Assembly: GCA_045807245.1 (NCBI GenBank)
Contig: JBJMHS010000041.1
Coordinates: 1 to 47,013 of the forward strand
DNA: 47,013 nucleotides
Source of the DNA: Actinomycetales bacterium
GTDB taxonomy: Bacteria; Actinomycetota; Actinomycetes; Actinomycetales; CAVURS01
Direction: 5' to 3'
Shown here: positions 25,977 to 34,858 of the stretch, one piece after another
How positions within the stretch are numbered: position 1 is the stretch's first letter
Layout: every line of letters starts with the position of its first letter
Notes under the pieces: generated by a model
Database searches by the model: none
What the model was told of the DNA's origin: nothing
Seen by the model: the letters and a program-made list of their open reading frames with translations, nothing else
Made by a program: the position numbers and the translations under genes

Positions 25977-28514
25977 TCAGTCGGAGGTGACGAACATGCC
26001 GTGGCCGGCCCAGTCGCTGGTCGAGTCGACCGTCGTCGCCGATCCGGTGGCGTGGTCGCCCGACCAGGCGATCGCGTGCAGGTCGCCGTCCGCCTTGGTC
26101 GCGTAGTACAGCGTGCTGCCGGAGAGGAACGCGCCTGCGGTGTCCGACCAGCCCAGCCCGTCGTTCACGGTGAACTCCTCCGAGCCGACGATGCCCGAGT
26201 CCGGCGAGAAGTACCGGTAGCGCATCTGGCTCGAGCCGAACAGCGTGTAGTACAGGCGGCCCGACGTGTAGAACGCGGAGGTCACGTTCGGGATCTCGTC
26301 GTAGTACGGGCTGAGCACACCGCGGTAGGTCTGGCCGGAGCCGGTGTCGACGTTGGCCCAGACCGGGTCGTTGTAGGGGTCGACCGCGACCTGCGGTCCG
26401 AGAACCCCGCCGGTGAACGAGCGCTTGTTGAAGGTGCCGTTCGACAGGCCGTAGAACAGCGTGCTGCCGACCATGAACGAACCGCGGTAGGAGCTCCAGG
26501 CCGACGAGGAGTCGACCACCGAGGTCGAGCCGACGTTGCCACCGGCGTCGAGGTGCCGCGAGAGCAGCTGGTCGCCGGTCGTGGGCGCGGGCGGCGCGGG
26601 CGACGTCTGGATGATCTCGATGCCGTTGATGAGCGGGTTCTCGACCTCGTGCGTGAACTCGATGTCGACGGCCCCGTTGCTGGTGGCCGGGAAGCTGCGC
26701 ATCATGCCGGTCTGGTCACCGACCGTGGCCACGATGTCGAAGTTTGAGAGCACCTGCTGGCCCTCGACCGCGACGTCGAAGACGCGCTGCCCCACGCCGC
26801 TCGTGCCGCCGTAGCGGTTGGCGAAGTACAGCCGCACCTGCACCTGCGTGCCGGACGGCACGGGGAAGGACCAGTGCATCTCGTCGCCGTCGAGGTGGCT
26901 GCCCGGGTCCCACCGCTCGCTGTCGAAGATCGTGGACGGCGTGCCGGCCGGGACGCTCGCGTCGACGTTGCTGATGTGGCTCCAGCCGGCCGCGTTGTTG
27001 GACAGGTTGCGGTACGGCGAGGAGCCGTCGTCCGCGATCCAGTCCGGGCCGCCGTCGGCCGCCTGGATGGCCGGTCCGCCCGCGTCGACGCGATACAGGA
27101 CCTCGGGGTGAGCGTTCGCGAACTGCCCTGTCTCGTAGACGGTTCCGGGCACCGAGCCGGTGCTCGTGGACGCCGGCGCGGCCCCGCCCGCGAGCGGGAA
27201 GAAGGCGATCTTCTGGTGCTTGTACTTGCGGTTGCCGATGAAGTTGGTGTCCGACCCGACGTACAGGCCGTCGCTGGTCGCCAGGAGGGACCAGGCGCCG
27301 CCGCCGCGGGGGTTGCGGCCCGGGTTCCAGGCGAGCGGGACTCCGTTGGTGGGGTCGAGCGCCGCCAGGCCGGCGCGCGGCACGGCGCCGGGACCCGCAT
27401 AGTCGAAGCCGTTCGAGTTGTTCATCCACCGCTGGTGGCCGCCGACGTACACCGCAGTCCCGGTGACCGCGACGGACCAGAGCGAGTCCTGACCGGTGTA
27501 GTCGACCCACGTCGGCTGGACGCTGCTGCCCGCGGACGTGGTCTCCCAGCGCGCGGCCGTGTCGCACAGCGAACGGCTGCCGTCGACGTTGGTGCCGCTG
27601 CCACCGGTGGCCACGATGACGAAGTAGCTGCCGGTGGGGTCGAACTGCACGTCGCGGATGTAGGAGTCGAAGGCCCAGTTGAAGCACTGAGCGGTGTAGT
27701 CCAGGGTGTTCCAGCCGGCGTCCACGCTGGCACTGGTCGAGCCGAGGTTCATCCGGAACACCTGGTCACGCGCGTAGGTGCCCGTGCTGTCGGTGACCGA
27801 GGTGAAGTTGCCGATCGCGACCAGGTGCGTGCCGGCCGGGTCGATGTCGAACGTCTTGACGCCGACCGCGCCGGCCGCGCTGCCCTGGCCGTGGTGACCG
27901 GCGACGTTGAGGCTCACGTACGGCAGCGCCGCGCCGGTGGCCGGGTCGAGCGCGACGATGCCGCCTTGGACGGCCTTGCCGACGGTCGTGAAGTTGCCGC
28001 CGACGAACAACCGGCCGCCGCGCACGACGAGCGACGTGGTGAGCGAGTTGAGCTTGGTCGGCTTCCAGCCGCTGACGACGGCGCCGGTGGACAGGTCCAG
28101 CAGGGCGACGCGCATCGCGACGCCGTTGGCGTTGGAGATGCCTGCGACGTACACGGTGTTGCCCGGGCCGGCCGCCAGTGCCGTGACGTTCCCGGTCAGC
28201 GCCGGGCTGAAGCTGGTCAGCGCCCCGGTGCTGGCGTCGAAGGCCACGATCTTGGTGCGCGCGACCGCGGTGCCGCCGTGCGGTGCGACCGACGTGAACG
28301 TGCCACCGAGGACAGTGGTGCCACCGACGCGGGCGATGGCGTCGACCTCGCCGTTCTGGACGTCGGGCGTGTTCGTCGCGGGGACGGCGCTCGGCACCGT
28401 CGACTGCGCGGCCATGACGGCCTGGGCGGGGCCGGCCAGCGCGGCGCCCAGCGCACCGGCGGCGAGCGTCGCGACCGCGGCGACGGCGGCGACGACACGG
28501 GGTCGTGCGAACAC
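25977..28514 (-). CDS. Secreted beta-propeller + malectin-domain carbohydrate-binding protein
   Basis: Signal peptide (AQA), repeated LxVGGxFT blades, and malectin motifs YRVDAGG, VRLYFA, GQRVFDV and NPLINGIEI. Confidence 0.85.
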   Translation of the reverse strand: MFARPRVVAAVAAVATLAAGALGAALAGPAQAVMAAQSTVPSAVPATNTPDVQNGEVDAIARVGGTTVLGGTFTSVAPHGGTAVARTKIVAFDASTGALTSFSPALTGNVTALAAGPGNTVYVAGISNANGVAMRVALLDLSTGAVVSGWKPTKLNSLTTSLVVRGGRLFVGGNFTTVGKAVQGGIVALDPATGAALPYVSLNVAGHHGQGSAAGAVGVKTFDIDPAGTHLVAIGNFTSVTDSTGTYARDQVFRMNLGSTSASVDAGWNTLDYTAQCFNWAFDSYIRDVQFDPTGSYFVIVATGGSGTNVDGSRSLCDTAARWETTSAGSSVQPTWVDYTGQDSLWSVAVTGTAVYVGGHQRWMNNSNGFDYAGPGAVPRAGLAALDPTNGVPLAWNPGRNPRGGGAWSLLATSDGLYVGSDTNFIGNRKYKHQKIAFFPLAGGAAPASTSTGSVPGTVYETGQFANAHPEVLYRVDAGGPAIQAADGGPDWIADDGSSPYRNLSNNAAGWSHISNVDASVPAGTPSTIFDSERWDPGSHLDGDEMHWSFPVPSGTQVQVRLYFANRYGGTSGVGQRVFDVAVEGQQVLSNFDIVATVGDQTGMMRSFPATSNGAVDIEFTHEVENPLINGIEIIQTSPAPPAPTTGDQLLSRHLDAGGNVGSTSVVDSSSAWSSYRGSFMVGSTLFYGLSNGTFNKRSFTGGVLGPQVAVDPYNDPVWANVDTGSGQTYRGVLSPYYDEIPNVTSAFYTSGRLYYTLFGSSQMRYRYFSPDSGIVGSEEFTVNDGLGWSDTAGAFLSGSTLYYATKADGDLHAIAWSGDHATGSATTVDSTSDWAGHGMFVTSD

Positions 28515-28674
28515 GGGGACTCCTCAGGGGTGGAGGTGCATGGACGCGGGACGGACCGCGCCGTTGGTGAAGGTAACCGTTGGCGCCGCCGCATTTCAGG
28601 CGAATCCGAGGTTCGAACGCACCCCTGCCGCCCGGCGTAACCGACGGTGATGACGACCCGACCCAACGTGAGAG

Positions 28675-29595
28675 TCAGCCGGGGCGCAGCGAGCCGGCGG
28701 CGTCGATCGGACCGCCGAACCAGTCCTCGATCAGCCGGCGCGCGATCGAGATCGACGGCGACATCAGCAGCTCACCCCGCTCGATCGCGGCGAGCATCGA
28801 CTCGCGGGTGAACCAGAGGGCTTGGTCGACCTCCGAGCCGTCCACCGAGATCTCGGTCGTCTCGGCATAGGCCCGGAAACCCAGCATCACCGACGCGGGG
28901 AACGGCCACGGCTGGCTGCCGCGATAGACCACATCACCGATGACGACCCCGACCTCCTCGCCGACCTCACGCCGTACGGCGGCTTCGAGTGACTCCCCGG
29001 GCTCGACGAAACCGGCCAGCGTCGACATCCGCCCGGGCGGCCAGCCGGTCCCGTGGCCCAGCAACAACCGGTCCGCGTCATCGACGACGGCCATGATCAC
29101 CGCGGGGTCGGTGCGCGGGTAGTGCTCGGACCCGTCCTCCGTGCAGACGGTCGTCCAGCCCGCCTGCGCGAGGACAGTCGGTGCCCCGCAGCGCGGGCAG
29201 TGGGTGTGGCTCGCGTGCCAGTTCGACAGCGCGACGCCCTCAGCGAGCAGGCCGGCCTCACGGTCGTCGAGGGCGGCCCCGACCTCGCGCAGCGTCTGCC
29301 AGCCCTCGCCGGAGAGGTCACGCCGCATCACGACGTACGACGTGCCGGCCTGGTCGTCGCCGAGGTAGGCCGCTCGTCCCGGATCGTCCGCGTCGGTCGC
29401 GGCCCGCAGCACCAGGTGCAGGTCCCCGTCGACGGGAGCCCGTCCGTCCGCGACGTCGAGCACCCGGGTGGCCGGGTCGGCGAGCAGGCGGGACAACAGG
29501 TCGGGCTCGGTCCGCCGTTCGCTGCGGCGGGAGAGGTCGGATCGCGAGAGGGCCAGGCCGGCCAGGGGCGGACCGAGCCGGTCGCGGGAGCGCAC
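28675..29595 (-). CDS. nudC: NAD(+) diphosphatase NudC
   Basis: HCPRCG, HYPRTDPAVIM, AGFVEPGESLE and SQPWPFP. Confidence 0.95.
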   Translation of the reverse strand: MRSRDRLGPPLAGLALSRSDLSRRSERRTEPDLLSRLLADPATRVLDVADGRAPVDGDLHLVLRAATDADDPGRAAYLGDDQAGTSYVVMRRDLSGEGWQTLREVGAALDDREAGLLAEGVALSNWHASHTHCPRCGAPTVLAQAGWTTVCTEDGSEHYPRTDPAVIMAVVDDADRLLLGHGTGWPPGRMSTLAGFVEPGESLEAAVRREVGEEVGVVIGDVVYRGSQPWPFPASVMLGFRAYAETTEISVDGSEVDQALWFTRESMLAAIERGELLMSPSISIARRLIEDWFGGPIDAAGSLRPG

Positions 29596-29636
29596 GCCTC
29601 CACGATAGGAGCCCGGCTCCGTCCTACGGTGGTCCG

Positions 29637-30581
29637 GTGAGACGGACGCCGACCGCACTGGCCGCGCTGGCCAGCGCTGCCATGTCCGGGATCCGGCCGA
29701 TCCGGGTCGAGACTCCGCCGGACCTCCCGCACTGCGACTACGACGTCGCGTTCGTCGAGGACGACCGGGGCCAGCGCTGGGTGGTGCGAGCACCTCGGCG
29801 CATCTCGGCCGCTCTCTCGCTCGAGGTCGAGGCGCAGGTGCTGGCCGAGCTCCGCCGCCGGCTGCCGGTCGCCGTGCCGCAGCCGATCGGCTTCGTGTCC
29901 CTGCCCGAGGGCGGGCGGGCCGTCATCTACCCGTTCCTGCTCGGCCGCCCGATGCTCATCGAGGACCTGGAACCGCGCACCGGCCTCGCGGTCGAGCTGG
30001 GCAAGGTCGTGGCGGCCCTGCACGAGGTGCCGCCCGAGGTGTTCGACGCGGCCGGGGTCCCGTCGTACACGGCCGACCAGTACCGCAACCGCCGGATGGC
30101 CGAGGTCGACACCGCCGCCCGGACCGGATACCTGCCGGCGCGGCTCCTGGACCGGTGGGAGCGCTCCCTCGAGGACGTGCGCCTCTGGCGGTTCGTGCCG
30201 GCCCCGACGCACGGCGACCTGGCCGCCGAGCACGTGCTGATCGAACCGGTCGGCGGCCGCGGGCCGACACACACCCGGGTGAGCGGGCTGATCGACTGGG
30301 GCCAGGCGTGCGTGGCCGACCCGGCCGACGACCTGGCCTGGGTCACCCTCAGCCCGGACGAGCGTGCGGTCGACACCGTGTTGGAGTCGTACGCGATGGG
30401 TCGGCGTGAGCAGCCGGACCGTTACCTTCCGGCCCGGGCGCACCTCGCCGGCGAGCTGGCACTGGCGCGCTGGCTGAACGCCGGCGTGGCCGTGGACGAG
30501 AGCGACGTCATCGACGAGGCCGTGCTTGCGATGCGCAACCTGGCCGAGAGGGTGCTTCACGCCGCGCCGCTCGGCGACTGA
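29637..30581 (+). CDS. APH-superfamily phosphotransferase (macrolide 2'-phosphotransferase-like)
   Basis: RWVVRAPR, HGDLAAEHV and IDWG...DPADDL; leaderless GTG. Confidence 0.82.
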   Translation: MRRTPTALAALASAAMSGIRPIRVETPPDLPHCDYDVAFVEDDRGQRWVVRAPRRISAALSLEVEAQVLAELRRRLPVAVPQPIGFVSLPEGGRAVIYPFLLGRPMLIEDLEPRTGLAVELGKVVAALHEVPPEVFDAAGVPSYTADQYRNRRMAEVDTAARTGYLPARLLDRWERSLEDVRLWRFVPAPTHGDLAAEHVLIEPVGGRGPTHTRVSGLIDWGQACVADPADDLAWVTLSPDERAVDTVLESYAMGRREQPDRYLPARAHLAGELALARWLNAGVAVDESDVIDEAVLAMRNLAERVLHAAPLGD

Positions 30582-30591
30582 TCCGCCCGCC

Positions 30592-31392
30592 ATGCTGCGG
30601 CTAGCGTCGTTCAACGTCCAGTCCGCGCGCACCGCGACCGGCGGGTACGACGCGTCCGCTCTGGCTCGCAGTGTGCGCGCCTTGGACGCGGATCTCGTTG
30701 CGCTGCAAGAGGTCGACCATGGTTTGGCCCGCTCCGGCGAGCACGACCAAGTGGCCGACATCGTGGCGGCGTTGAATGCCGACGGCGACCAGTGGACCGG
30801 CCACTTCCTGCCGACGCTGCTCGGCAGCCCGAACCTCTTTCGCACCTGGCGACCCGCCGTGGCGACTGACCTGCCGCCCGGCGACCCGGCGTACGGCATC
30901 GCTCTGGTGACCAGGTTGCCGGTCCACGAGTGGCACGCCCTGCGCCTCGGGACGTTCTGGGGACGCCTGCCGATGCTCGTGCCGACGCCTCGTGGACGGA
31001 TGGTGCTGCTGCTCGTCCCCGACGAGCCGCGCGCCGCGATCGCCGCGGTCGTCGAGACCGAGGTGGGCGTCATGACGGTGATCGGGACGCACCTGTCGTT
31101 CCTGCCGCTGCGCGCACCGCAGCAGCTGCGCCGCATCGTCGACTGGTCCCGCACGTTGCCCGGTCCGCGCATCCTGCTGGGCGACCTCAACCTGCCCGGC
31201 GCGGTGCCGCAGCGAATCTCGGGCTGGCGTCGGCTGGCCGACGTCGCGACGTACCCCGCCCACAGGCCGCGCAGCCAGCTCGACCACGCGCTCGCGGACG
31301 GGCTCGAGCGGTGGCACCCCGTCGACGTCGGCGCGACACGTGGCGAGGTGTCCGACCACCTGGCCCTCGTCGTGGACCTCAGCCGCCAGTGA
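30592..31392 (+). CDS. Endonuclease/exonuclease/phosphatase family protein
   Basis: ASFNV, LQEVD, THLSF, GDLN, QLDH and SDH motifs. Confidence 0.9.
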   Translation: MLRLASFNVQSARTATGGYDASALARSVRALDADLVALQEVDHGLARSGEHDQVADIVAALNADGDQWTGHFLPTLLGSPNLFRTWRPAVATDLPPGDPAYGIALVTRLPVHEWHALRLGTFWGRLPMLVPTPRGRMVLLLVPDEPRAAIAAVVETEVGVMTVIGTHLSFLPLRAPQQLRRIVDWSRTLPGPRILLGDLNLPGAVPQRISGWRRLADVATYPAHRPRSQLDHALADGLERWHPVDVGATRGEVSDHLALVVDLSRQ

Positions 31393-34300
31393 CCAACCGC
31401 TCCAGGGCCGTCTCGTCGAGCAGGTCGACCGGGCGGACGGTCCGGCCGGTGGCCGCGTAGAAGAAGGCCGCACCGACGTTCTCGACCGGCACGTCCTGCA
31501 GCCGGGCCCAGGCCAGCCGGTACGCCGCGAGCTGCACCGCCCGGGCCGATGCGGCGGGCCCGTGCGGCTCCGCGCCGGTCTTCCAGTCCACGACGTCCCA
31601 GCGCCGCGGCGGCGACCCCTCGCCGACCGGGAAGACCGCGTCGATCCGGCCCCGCACGACCGTGCCGGCGACGGGTGTCTCGATAGCCACCTCGATCGCC
31701 GAAGGCACACGCTCGGCCCACTCGCTGGCCAGGAAGTTCGCCTGCAGCTCGGGCAGCAGGTCGTCGTCGGCGGGGCCCTCGTCGGCCGCACCGGGCAGCT
31801 CGAGGAGGTCGACGATGGCGGCCGCGCCGAACCGGCGTTCGACCCAGGCGTGGAACGCCGTGCCGCGTCGCGCCTCAGGGGCCGGCGGCTGAGGCATCGG
31901 TCGCCGCAGGTCGATGGCGAGCGCCTGGGGGTCCTCGGCCAGCCGGACCAGCCGCGACGCCGACAGGTGGGTGGGCAGCAGAACGTCGACCGCCGCGCTT
32001 CGCGCCCGGTCGCGTTCGGCCAGCAGCACCTGGATCTCGGCCATCCAGACCGCCGGCTCGCCGGTCAACGCCTCGGCCCACTGGTCGCTATGGACGGTGG
32101 CGGGCCCGTCGGCCGGCCCGGCTCGAGCGGCGCGCACCTTGGCGGCCGCTGCCTCGAGGGCCGGCCGACGGACACCGAGCGGGTCGAACGGCCAGGCCTG
32201 ATGGGCCGGCTCCGCCGCGAGCGGGTTCTGGAGGTCGGGCGCGGGCGGCGGCACCATCGCCCACTGCGGCCGCACCTCGACGCCGTACGCGCCGCCGTCC
32301 TGCGGCGGCCCCTCTGTCAGGTCCGGGTCGCCGAGCGCCTCGAGCAGGAACCGCGACGGCAGCCGAGGAGTCTTGACCGGCGTGCCCCAGACGTGGGCGG
32401 CCAGCAGCAGCTCGTGCCGGGCCCGCGTGATCGCGACATAGGCCAGCCGCCGTTCCTCGGCGATGGCGTGCGCACCCATCCGCCGCTCGAAGTCCGCCCA
32501 CTCGGCCTCCACGTCCTTGCCGTCCGCACACGCGTGCAGCCGCAGCTCGGGCAGGGCCGCCGCATCCCCGCGCAGCGGGTAAGGGACGCCACCGGAGGAG
32601 ATCGGCCGCCAGCCGGTCGACCGGTCGTCGCCCTGCACCCACTCGCCCGTGTCCTTGTCCGCACGAGGCTGGGGTCCGTCGTACGGCAGTACGCCCTCGA
32701 CCAGGCCGGGGATGGCGACGACGTCCCACTCCAAGCCCTTGGCGGCATGCACGGTGAGCACCTGTACGGCGTCCCGGCTCACCTCGACGTCCTCGGGCCG
32801 GCCCTCGATGGGGGCGGCCTCGGTGTCGGGCGCCGTCTGGTCGACCTGGCCCGGGGTGAGCCCGCGCTCGCGCACCTCGGCCGCGGCCAGCCAGGCGAGG
32901 AAGGCCGACAGCGTCGGCGACTCGGACGTCGCCGCGAAGCCGGACGCCACGTCGGCCAGCGCGTCGACGTGCGCGCGCGCCGCGGCGTAGGACACGCCCG
33001 GGCGCGACCCGAGCTCGACGTCCAGCCCCAGCTCCCGTTCGGTCTCGACGACGAGCTCGGCCAGCGGCAGGGCGGACAGCGAGCGCAGCCGGCGCAGGCT
33101 GTCGGCCAGCCGGGTGAGACGGTGTCGGGCACTCTCGGACAGCGCGAGGCCGTGCCGGTCGGTCCAGCCGGGACGCGGCAGGTCGTCCAGCGCCTCGACG
33201 ATGCTGCTCTCGTCGATCGGGTCGGGCGTCGGCGCAAGCTCCTCCTCTGCCGCGCCCGGCGGCGCGGTCTGGTCCGCCGCGCCACCGGCGCGCACCCGCC
33301 GGGCCAGGTAGTCGGCCCACCCGGCCAGGGCCCGGAGGTCGCGCGGGCCGAGCCGGCAGATCGGACCGGTCAGGAGGCGCATCAGCGCGTCTCCGCGACC
33401 GGGGTCGGCCACGACCTGCAGGGCGGACACGATGTCGACCACCTCGGGAGTGCTCAGCAGACCGCCCAGGCCGACGACCTCGACCGGCAGGCCGGCGGCT
33501 CGCAGCGCCGCCTCGACCGGTACGAACTGGGAACGCGTCCGGCACAGCACCGCCGCCGAGCCGGCCCGCGCGTGACCGCCCCGCCCGAACCACCGCTCGG
33601 CCACCCATGCGGCGACACCCTCGGCCTCGTCGTACATGGTCAGCCACGAGCCGGCCAGCACCGCGCCCTCACCGGCGTCGGGGCGGGAGGTGAGGACGGG
33701 GAAGGCCAGCCCGGCCGCCTGCAGCGGCTCGGCAGCCCGGTTCGCAATGCCGAGGATGCGGCGGTCGTTGCGCCAGCTCGTGGACAGCGTGAGCTGCTGC
33801 GGCGGCTCACCGCCGGTCGACGCGAACTCGTCCAGGAAGGTCCGCATCGAGCCGGCGCTTGCGCCTCGCCAACCGTAGATCGCCTGGTTAGGGTCGCCCA
33901 CTGCCGTGACCGAGTGACCTCCGGAGAACAGCGCCCGCAGCATGACCAGCTGCGCGTGGCTGGTGTCCTGGAACTCGTCGAGCAGCACGGTGCGTGATCG
34001 GGCCCGCTCGGACGCCGCGATGTCAGGGAAGCGCTCGGTCAGCCGCGCGGCCAGGGCCAGCTGGTCGCCGAAGTCGATCGCCTCGTGCGCCAGCTTGCGC
34101 TCGGCGTACGCGCGCACGAGCGGCACGAGCTGGCGCCGGGCCTTCACCGCGGCCAGCAGCTTGCGCACCGGCTCGGGGTGCTTGCCACCTGCTCGCGCCG
34201 AGCCCGTGGGCATGATCTCGATGCACTCGGCCAGCTCGTCCAGATGCTCCGCCAGGTCGTCGAGCTCGATCAGGTGCTCCGCGCACTCGGCCGAGATCCG

Positions 34301-34858
34301 CAGGAGCGCATCGACGACCGTCGACTGGTTGTACGGGACGTCGGACATGTCGCCGGTCCAGCGCTCGACGACATCGTTGGCGTACTGCCACGACGCCGCC
34401 TCGGTGAGCAGCCGGCTCTCCGGCTCGACGCCCAGCCGGATCGCGTGCTCGCGGACCAGGCGCCCGGCGTACGCGTGGTACGTCGAGATCTCCGGGTCAC
34501 CCGCCGACTCGTCGAGGCCCGGCGCCAGGCCGGCCGCCATCAGACGGCGCAGCCGGCGGCGCACGCGGTCGGCCAGCTCGCCGGCTGCCTTGCGGGTGAA
34601 GGTCAGGCCCAGCACCTGGTCCGGGCGCGTGTGGCCGTTGGCGACCAGCCAGATCACCCGCGCCGCCATCGTCTCGGTCTTGCCCGACCCCGCGCCCGCG
34701 ACGACCAGGACCGGTCCGGGCGGAGCCTCGATCACCTCGACCTGCTCCGGTGTCGGGGGCGGCTGGCCCACGGCGCGGGCGATGTCCACGGCGCCCACCA
34801 GCCCGACCAACATCTGGTCGTACGACGCGGGCAGCGCCCGACTCGAGTGGCGGCTCAC
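31379..34858 (-). CDS. adnB: AdnB helicase-nuclease (UvrD motor + PD-(D/E)XK)
   Basis: AGAGSGKTET, LDEFQDT, HAAKGLEW and the nuclease motif GRIDAVF...VDWKTG. Confidence 0.92.
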   Translation of the reverse strand: MSRHSSRALPASYDQMLVGLVGAVDIARAVGQPPPTPEQVEVIEAPPGPVLVVAGAGSGKTETMAARVIWLVANGHTRPDQVLGLTFTRKAAGELADRVRRRLRRLMAAGLAPGLDESAGDPEISTYHAYAGRLVREHAIRLGVEPESRLLTEAASWQYANDVVERWTGDMSDVPYNQSTVVDALLRISAECAEHLIELDDLAEHLDELAECIEIMPTGSARAGGKHPEPVRKLLAAVKARRQLVPLVRAYAERKLAHEAIDFGDQLALAARLTERFPDIAASERARSRTVLLDEFQDTSHAQLVMLRALFSGGHSVTAVGDPNQAIYGWRGASAGSMRTFLDEFASTGGEPPQQLTLSTSWRNDRRILGIANRAAEPLQAAGLAFPVLTSRPDAGEGAVLAGSWLTMYDEAEGVAAWVAERWFGRGGHARAGSAAVLCRTRSQFVPVEAALRAAGLPVEVVGLGGLLSTPEVVDIVSALQVVADPGRGDALMRLLTGPICRLGPRDLRALAGWADYLARRVRAGGAADQTAPPGAAEEELAPTPDPIDESSIVEALDDLPRPGWTDRHGLALSESARHRLTRLADSLRRLRSLSALPLAELVVETERELGLDVELGSRPGVSYAAARAHVDALADVASGFAATSESPTLSAFLAWLAAAEVRERGLTPGQVDQTAPDTEAAPIEGRPEDVEVSRDAVQVLTVHAAKGLEWDVVAIPGLVEGVLPYDGPQPRADKDTGEWVQGDDRSTGWRPISSGGVPYPLRGDAAALPELRLHACADGKDVEAEWADFERRMGAHAIAEERRLAYVAITRARHELLLAAHVWGTPVKTPRLPSRFLLEALGDPDLTEGPPQDGGAYGVEVRPQWAMVPPPAPDLQNPLAAEPAHQAWPFDPLGVRRPALEAAAAKVRAARAGPADGPATVHSDQWAEALTGEPAVWMAEIQVLLAERDRARSAAVDVLLPTHLSASRLVRLAEDPQALAIDLRRPMPQPPAPEARRGTAFHAWVERRFGAAAIVDLLELPGAADEGPADDDLLPELQANFLASEWAERVPSAIEVAIETPVAGTVVRGRIDAVFPVGEGSPPRRWDVVDWKTGAEPHGPAASARAVQLAAYRLAWARLQDVPVENVGAAFFYAATGRTVRPVDLLDETALERLVTGG

